Assembly (NCBI RefSeq): GCF_002087085.1
Contig: NZ_MWQY01000009.1
Coordinates: 1 to 64,000, forward strand
Length of the DNA: 64,000 nt
Direction: 5' to 3'
Of this stretch, positions 58,619-64,000 are shown in pieces. Under the pieces are notes generated by a model. That model was not told the DNA's origin. It saw nothing but the letters and a program-made list of their open reading frames with translations, and did no database searches. The first letter of the stretch is position 1. Each line of letters starts with the position of its first letter. A program made the translations under genes and the position numbers.

Positions 58619-59011
58619 CTACTTTTCCCCCTTCTCGATGATGTCGACGGCGGGCCGGTCGTAGATATGATCGTTCACCAGCTCATGTGCCATTATATGT
58701 TTGTGAACAATCTTGCGGGCCACCTCGTCATTCACATTCCCGTATATCACCGTCGGCATGCCGGGCATCAGAACTTCCACCGTCGGTTCTGCGTGGCAGA
58801 GCCCCAGACAGCCGGTCTGCTTGACGACAACGTCGGTCAGATTATTCTCTTCCAGTTCATTCAAAAAGGCTTCGTGGGTTTTTCGGGCTCCGGCGGCAAT
58901 ACCGCAGGTTCCTCCACCCACAACAATCTGGATGCTTTTTCCGGAAACATCCCGCCTGTCCATCTCTCTCTTTTTTTGCTCCCGCAGGGCGCGCAGCTCT
59001 TCCAAAGTCAT
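58619..59011 (-). CDS. thioredoxin-like ferredoxin subunit (HydD/HndB-like)
   Basis: GTCGIAAGA, TGCLGLCHAEPTVEV. Confidence 0.88.
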   Translation of the reverse strand: MTLEELRALREQKKREMDRRDVSGKSIQIVVGGGTCGIAAGARKTHEAFLNELEENNLTDVVVKQTGCLGLCHAEPTVEVLMPGMPTVIYGNVNDEVARKIVHKHIMAHELVNDHIYDRPAVDIIEKGEK

Positions 59012-59022
59012 GGTACCGCTCC

Positions 59023-59586
59023 TTATTTCTCTTTACCTTGTATCTCTTCTTCATGGGACGCCATATATCGGCGAACCAGGTTCTGGGAGGCAACACTTTC
59101 CAGCTCTCCCAGAGCATCTGTCAGTTCCGATCGTGTAATCCGGTAACTCCGCTCTCCTGAGCTGTCAAGTACACGGTGCAGCAGAACCGCTTCGTACTCC
59201 GTCGGTTTCAGTACAGCCCCGGCGAATGTTTCCGCCAGGTCTCCGACCGGGGGGGTATCGATATTATCAGCAGGAAAGGAGAAGAAAACCTCCGTGCCCT
59301 TTCCAGGTACTGACTCAATCCTGAAATCCCCGCCGCACTGTTCAGCCGCATGTATCAGAAAGGGAATTCCCAACCCGACCTTTCGTCCGGGGTGCTTTAT
59401 TCCATCGGTGAAATAGGGATCCCGAATCCGGGACAACAGTTCCCTGTCCATTCCTGTGCCGTTGTCCCGCAGGGTGACCGAAATCTCCTCATTCGATTCA
59501 AGGATCTCAACCTCAACCAGGTTTGCGCCTGCTTCGAGGGAATTATCCACCAGATCGATGATAAAATCACCGACGGAAAAATGCAT
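59023..59586 (-). CDS. stand-alone HATPase_c (GHKL) protein within the hydrogenase operon
   Basis: DLVDNSLEAGA (N box), DNGTGM (G1), DPYFT (F), VGLGIP (G2), HIDTPP-like NIDTPPVGD; no HisKA or sensor domain. Confidence 0.85.
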   Translation of the reverse strand: MHFSVGDFIIDLVDNSLEAGANLVEVEILESNEEISVTLRDNGTGMDRELLSRIRDPYFTDGIKHPGRKVGLGIPFLIHAAEQCGGDFRIESVPGKGTEVFFSFPADNIDTPPVGDLAETFAGAVLKPTEYEAVLLHRVLDSSGERSYRITRSELTDALGELESVASQNLVRRYMASHEEEIQGKEK

Positions 59587-60071
59587 CAGGTATTCCGGAA
59601 CTGGGCAATAACGTCGGGCAGGACGTCCTTTGTTACCTTACCGAAAACCTCTTCCCCTACAACCATTACCGGTGCGAGTCCGCAACAGCCGACACAGCGT
59701 ACAGCCTCGATGGAGAATTCCCCGTCGTCGGTAACCTGGTTCACCCCTATTCCAAGGAGGTTTTCCAGTTCCTGCAGCAGATCTTCTCCGCCTTTCAGGT
59801 AGCATGCCGTTCCCATACATACCTGAATATTGTGCCGCCCCGGTTTATTCAGCTTGAAAAAATGATAAAAGGTAACGACACCATAGATTTTCGCCAAAGG
59901 AACATCCAGCAGTTCCGCGACCTTCATGGCCGCCTGTCGCGGGATATACCCGAACTCTTCCTGTACTCTGTGCAGGATCATAATCAGGTTCCCGGGTTTT
60001 TCTTTCCATTCCTCGATAAACTTCAACAGTTCGGAGGAGAACTGGATATCCGCCACCATTTGAGTAGACAT
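59586..60071 (-). CDS. hydrogenase 2Fe-2S subunit (HydC/HndA, NuoE-like)
   Basis: YGVVTFY, VCMGTACYLKG, RCVGCCGLAPV; start ATG 60071 after GGAGG. Confidence 0.93.
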   Translation of the reverse strand: MSTQMVADIQFSSELLKFIEEWKEKPGNLIMILHRVQEEFGYIPRQAAMKVAELLDVPLAKIYGVVTFYHFFKLNKPGRHNIQVCMGTACYLKGGEDLLQELENLLGIGVNQVTDDGEFSIEAVRCVGCCGLAPVMVVGEEVFGKVTKDVLPDVIAQFRNT

Positions 60072-60236
60072 GCAACCTCCCTTATCATACAATTGCAGTA
60101 TTAGCCTAGCCGCCTGCAGTGTATCGGGAAGCGGCTGTTGTGACAAGTATTTGTTGTCCCGGAGGAATGAAATATTGCGAAATTTGTAGAAATAATCTTG
60201 TCTAAAATACTAATTTTAAGTAACTTAGCGCAGTTT

Positions 60237-60254
60237 ATGTGAACGATTTCACTT
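60237..60254. promoter_or_regulatory. putative Rex operator
   Basis: ATGTGAA-CGAT-TTCACTT versus the consensus TTGTGAA-N4-TTCACAA; in the hyd/rex divergent region. Confidence 0.65.
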
Positions 60255-60269
60255 TATTGAGAAGGTAAC

Positions 60270-60926
60270 ATGAATAAAGAACTTATATTGAGACTGACAA
60301 AATACAAACGGATACTGAGTAAACTGAAAGCCCTCGGACTGGAACGGGTTTTTTCCAACAACCTGGGAGATGCAATCGGCGTATCCCCGGCTCTGGTACG
60401 GAAAGATTTTTCCAATCTCAATCTCCCCGGCAACAAACGGGGGGGGTATAATATAGATGAACTGACCGAAAGGCTGGACCGTGTTCTGGGATACGATGAG
60501 AACCAGAACGTTATAATCGTCGGCTGCGGTCGCATAGGCACTGCACTGATGCGTTTCGATGAGTTCCATCACGAAGGCATCCGAATCAAGGCGGGCTTTG
60601 ATGCCTCCCCTGAGAACGTGGACAACTCCACAGAAATTCCAGTATATCCTCTGGAGAAACTACCCGAGTTTGTAAAGGAAAATGACATCCGGGTTGGAAT
60701 CATCGCCGTACCCGACAGCGCGGCATCCCAGGTCTTCGATCTGATGGTATCCGCGGGAATCAAGGGCATCCTCAACTTCGCCGCGGTCGAGCTGAAATGC
60801 GCCGGCGGTGACAAGGACTGCCCGGCAAACTGTACGGTCCACAACGTCAACATCGGTCTGGAAATCGAACATCTCTTTTACCAGCTCAATCTGACCGAAT
60901 CCGGCATCGGCTGTGAGGACACCTGA
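60270..60926 (+). CDS. rex: redox-sensing transcriptional repressor Rex
   Basis: RLTKYKRIL, VRKDFS, GYNIDEL, GCGRIGTAL, GIIAVP, GIKGILNFA. Confidence 0.9.
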   Translation: MNKELILRLTKYKRILSKLKALGLERVFSNNLGDAIGVSPALVRKDFSNLNLPGNKRGGYNIDELTERLDRVLGYDENQNVIIVGCGRIGTALMRFDEFHHEGIRIKAGFDASPENVDNSTEIPVYPLEKLPEFVKENDIRVGIIAVPDSAASQVFDLMVSAGIKGILNFAAVELKCAGGDKDCPANCTVHNVNIGLEIEHLFYQLNLTESGIGCEDT

Positions 60927-60941
60927 GACGGGATATTCCCT

Positions 60942-61817
60942 GTGGAAACTCTTCAGATCTATCTGATTGCTGCCATAACAGCGGCCTGTCTGCTTGCCCT
61001 GCTCTCCCTTGTTCTTCTTATACAGATCAGGACACGTAAGCGGGAGACAGCCATGCCGGCGGAACTGATAAGCAGGATGGACCGAATCGACTCAATAGCC
61101 CGGGAGATGGAGACCCTGACCCGGGCTTTTCTTGTTCCCAGGACCAGGGGCGGTATGGGAGAGCAGCTGCTTGAAGATCTGCTCAAGGCATGGCTTCCTC
61201 CCCAGTATATTCTGCTTCAGCACCGTTTCAATAACGGAACCCGGGTGGACGCGGCGGTCAGGGTCGGCGACAGGATAGTCTCCATCGATGCAAAGTTCCC
61301 TTACGAGAGTATCGCTCCGCTTCTGGATAGGGAGACCGGCGGCCAGAACAGAACAAGAACCGGAGAACTGCGAAAGATATTCTGCGGATATGTGGATGAT
61401 ATCGCCGCAAAGTATATCCGTCCCGAAGAAAAAACCTTCCATTTTGCCCTTCTGTATATTCCGTCGGAGAACCTCTACTACCGGGCCTTTATAGAAAACC
61501 AGAACGGACTTATGGACTATGCCCTGAAAAAGAGCGTGGTTCCCGTAAGTCCCGGGAGCCTGTTTATCTACCTTCAGACCATCGCCGTGGGACTCAAGGG
61601 TTTCGCCCTTTCCCGGCACCAGCAAGAACTGATGGAGAGCCTCTATATGCTGCAGCGGGACTTCCGCTCCTTTGCGAAGAGCTATACCGTAACAGGGACC
61701 CAGCTGAGAAACGCGGCAAAAAACTTCGAGGATTCCCTGGGATCTTTTATTCGCCTGGAAACGACCCTGGAGCGGCTGGTGGAAAAAGGTCCGGAAAAGA
61801 GTCAGGACGAGACCTGA
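60942..61817 (+). CDS. rmuC: RmuC-family protein (short form)
   Basis: N-terminal TM helix, RGGMGEQLLE, VDAAV, IDAKFP, DIAAKYI, YIPSE, VSP. Confidence 0.85.
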   Translation: METLQIYLIAAITAACLLALLSLVLLIQIRTRKRETAMPAELISRMDRIDSIAREMETLTRAFLVPRTRGGMGEQLLEDLLKAWLPPQYILLQHRFNNGTRVDAAVRVGDRIVSIDAKFPYESIAPLLDRETGGQNRTRTGELRKIFCGYVDDIAAKYIRPEEKTFHFALLYIPSENLYYRAFIENQNGLMDYALKKSVVPVSPGSLFIYLQTIAVGLKGFALSRHQQELMESLYMLQRDFRSFAKSYTVTGTQLRNAAKNFEDSLGSFIRLETTLERLVEKGPEKSQDET

Positions 61818-61830
61818 TTCTTTGCTGTCT

Positions 61831-62853
61831 TTATCGCCTTTCCAACACAAGAAGCAGGGGCAGATGGTCAGAGTAACCCCTCATGGTTTTTCCACTGTAT
61901 GCAAGCGGAGTCCCGTACTCGTTCAACAGCATCGGATCGTCGACCAGAATGCACCCGGCAACATCCCAGCCTGAACCGTCTGAAAGGCTCCGGTTCCAAA
62001 AAAAGTGATCGATCCTCTCCCAGGTGCCGCCGTAAAAATAGCTCCCCCCTTCCGGTATTTCCGACCAGAAGGCGTAAAAATCCTGAGCAGCAGCTGATTC
62101 CCCCCCAACACAAATCACGGGAGGAGCAACGCAGTCCTCCTGTGTCCCCAGAGCGGTCGGATATTCCCGCCCCGTCTCCCAGGGGTCTTCGTTAAAGTCT
62201 CCGGCAAAGAGAATGTTAATACCCGCGAAGTCCCTGTTCAGTTCCTCTGTCCGGCGCTGCAGCAGCAGGGCGGAGCGGAGGCGCTGTGGTTCGGTCGCTT
62301 CGGCTCCTCCAAGGCGGGATTTCCAGTGGTTGTTCATGAGTACGATTCTCTCTCCCCGTTCATCGCCCTCCGGATTAAGCCATATCTCGAGAATATTGCG
62401 CTCGGAGTCGCTCCCGCCGGGGCGATGAACCAGCAGCTTTTCCACCGGAATCCGGGAGAGCAGGCCGGTCTGAACAGCAGCGCCCTGGGCCCGGGGGGCG
62501 GCATGGAAATCGTAGCCCCCCAGGGGGAGAAAATCCCGGGACAGCCGTTCCAGGGTTCCGCTGTTCTCCACCTCCTGGAGAAGGAGAATATCGGGCTCCT
62601 CCGGGGCTTTCTGAATCGCCGCAGCCAGGGCGGCGAGCTTTCCAAGGTAGGTCTCGTTGGTCCATTCCCCCGAAGAGGGATCGTATTCGGGGTATTCTCC
62701 GCCCTGCCGGACGTCATCGAAGAGGTTCTGACAATTATAACTTAAAATAACGAGCCGGTTGTCGCCGTTTCCAAAAGGATCCATGGGACAACCGGCGCAT
62801 CCGGTAAGTACGAAGATAATCAACACTGAAGCCCGGCGGATATTCCTTTTCAC
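61831..62853 (-). CDS. endonuclease/exonuclease/phosphatase-family lipoprotein
   Basis: Lipobox LTGC, SYNCQNLFD, LQEVE, NHWKS, GDFN, IDH, SDHLP. Confidence 0.9.
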   Translation of the reverse strand: MKRNIRRASVLIIFVLTGCAGCPMDPFGNGDNRLVILSYNCQNLFDDVRQGGEYPEYDPSSGEWTNETYLGKLAALAAAIQKAPEEPDILLLQEVENSGTLERLSRDFLPLGGYDFHAAPRAQGAAVQTGLLSRIPVEKLLVHRPGGSDSERNILEIWLNPEGDERGERIVLMNNHWKSRLGGAEATEPQRLRSALLLQRRTEELNRDFAGINILFAGDFNEDPWETGREYPTALGTQEDCVAPPVICVGGESAAAQDFYAFWSEIPEGGSYFYGGTWERIDHFFWNRSLSDGSGWDVAGCILVDDPMLLNEYGTPLAYSGKTMRGYSDHLPLLLVLERR

Positions 62854-62904
62854 AGAGGCACCTCCACAGGGAAGAACCGCGGAAAAGCCCCGGCGCTTCA
62901 GGAA

Positions 62905-63861
62905 TCAGCGCATTTTCTTTACATATTCGTCAACGGCCGCAACCTCGTCCAGGCCGCCTGCTTCAGGTGTAAAGGTAGTTCCGGTAATACCTTCATAGGC
63001 GCCCACATAACGACGGGCCGTCTCGATACGGACCTCATCGGGGATCTCCGGAGCTTCTCCGTCTCCCATGAATCCCTTGTCCATGAGCCACTGACGAAGG
63101 TACTCCTTATCCAGCTTGTGGGGGTCCTTTCCCGCCCTGAACTGCTGATCATAGGAGTCGGCAAACCAGAAACGGCTTGAATCAGGGGTATGGACCTCGT
63201 CCACCAGGTACACCTGTCCGTTCAGGATACCGAATTCGTACTTTGTGTCCACCAGGATCAGCCCCTGACGGGCACAGTCGTCGGTTCCACGTCGGAAAAG
63301 AGCAATCGCCGCCTTCTGGACGGTGTCCCATACGGCGGGATCAACCAGCCCCTGACGCAGGATCTCCTCGGAAGAGATCGGTTCATCATGCAGTCCCTGT
63401 TCAGCCTTCGTGGAAGGGGTAATAAGGGGTGTTTCAAAGCGCTGGTTCATCTGCATACCCGAAGGCAGGGCGATCCCGGAGACGGGCTTGCCGGCCTTGT
63501 AATCCCGCCAGGCGGAACCGGTCAGGTATCCCCGGACAACGACCTCCACCGGGAGCATCTCGCATTTCCGTACCGCCACGGTTCGGGGGGTAACGCTCTC
63601 GATTATATGGTTGGGCAGGATGTCTTCGGTTCGGGAAAACCAGTGCAGCGCGACCTTGTTCAGGACCTCGCCCTTGCAGGGAATAGTGGACAAAACCCGG
63701 TCGAAGGCGGAGATGCGGTCCGATGTGGAGATAACCAGGGTGTCGCCAAGATCGATGATATCCCGGACCTTTCCGCTGAATACCCTGCTTCCGCAGGGCA
63801 GGGTTTCCGGAAGCCCCTGAAAGGTCCGCTTGATCTCTTTTTCCAGAAAAGAATAGGCCAT
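62905..63861 (-). CDS. purC: phosphoribosylaminoimidazole-succinocarboxamide synthase
   Basis: GKVRD, SDRISAFD, EVVVRGYLTGS, TPSTKA, DTKYEFG, DEVHTPDSSRFW, DKEYLRQW; start ATG 63861. Confidence 0.96.
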   Translation of the reverse strand: MAYSFLEKEIKRTFQGLPETLPCGSRVFSGKVRDIIDLGDTLVISTSDRISAFDRVLSTIPCKGEVLNKVALHWFSRTEDILPNHIIESVTPRTVAVRKCEMLPVEVVVRGYLTGSAWRDYKAGKPVSGIALPSGMQMNQRFETPLITPSTKAEQGLHDEPISSEEILRQGLVDPAVWDTVQKAAIALFRRGTDDCARQGLILVDTKYEFGILNGQVYLVDEVHTPDSSRFWFADSYDQQFRAGKDPHKLDKEYLRQWLMDKGFMGDGEAPEIPDEVRIETARRYVGAYEGITGTTFTPEAGGLDEVAAVDEYVKKMR

Positions 63862-63862
63862 A

Positions 63863-64000
63863 TTATTCCCCCAGTTCGGAACGGTTTGAGACAATCCGCT
63901 TGATCAGGCCGTAGTCTTCAGCCTCAGCGGCATTCATCCAGTAATCCCTGTCCGTATCCTTTTCAACCTTTGAGATATCCTGACCGGTCTCATCAGAGAT
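63863..64000 (-). CDS. clpP: ATP-dependent Clp protease proteolytic subunit, 3' end only (truncated by the window edge)
   Basis: ISDETGQDISKVEKDTDRDYWMNAAEAEDYGLIKRIV...stop; not in the ORF track. Confidence 0.88.
   Translation of the reverse strand: MSDETGQDISKVEKDTDRDYWMNAAEAEDYGLIKRIVSNRSELGE

Noticed and set aside
1..64000. CRISPR arrays, IS elements, integrases, prophage
   Set aside because: No regularly spaced repeat-spacer units, transposase, integrase or phage genes were seen on reading; short or degenerate repeats could be missed without computation

Overview
A 64 kb stretch of core chromosome, probably from a free-living anaerobic spirochaete. This is inferred from the fliS-polA-coaE-SPOR gene order, the AEGQKE-type signal peptide on the solute-binding protein and the overall gene content. 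I saw no prophage, IS element, CRISPR array or complete RNA gene. Contents in order: tandem sigma70 promoters firing off the left edge (probably an rRNA operon); pgsA; an M32 carboxypeptidase; thrS under a complete Thr(ACC) T-box riboswitch; a TRAP-kduI-kduD-IclR uronate operon; ispH; a KamA-family enzyme; polA/coaE; fliS; PIN-PhoH; two DUF4349 proteins; rlmKL; cysE; sigma54-driven amtB-glnK; metH. Next is a ~14 kb redox neighbourhood with two rubredoxins, superoxide reductase, Fur/PerR, an orphan HTH-WYL-like regulator, an NqrBCDEF-like membrane complex with no NqrA/RnfC gene but an extra uncharacterised gene, a divergent pyruvate dehydrogenase operon, tpx and fprA. The window ends with crcB-DUF190, a tetrameric bifurcating-type [FeFe]-hydrogenase operon divergent from rex, rmuC, purC and a partial clpP. 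The best candidate for an undescribed system is the NqrA-less NQR-like complex among PDH and O2-reducing genes, possibly a quinone-free ion-pumping NADH-to-O2 chain (inference). Other highlights are the T-box, six promoters with leaderless geometry, a stand-alone MshEN-like protein behind a sigma28-like promoter, and small genes missing from the ORF track. All product calls come from motif recognition by eye; no database searches were run.
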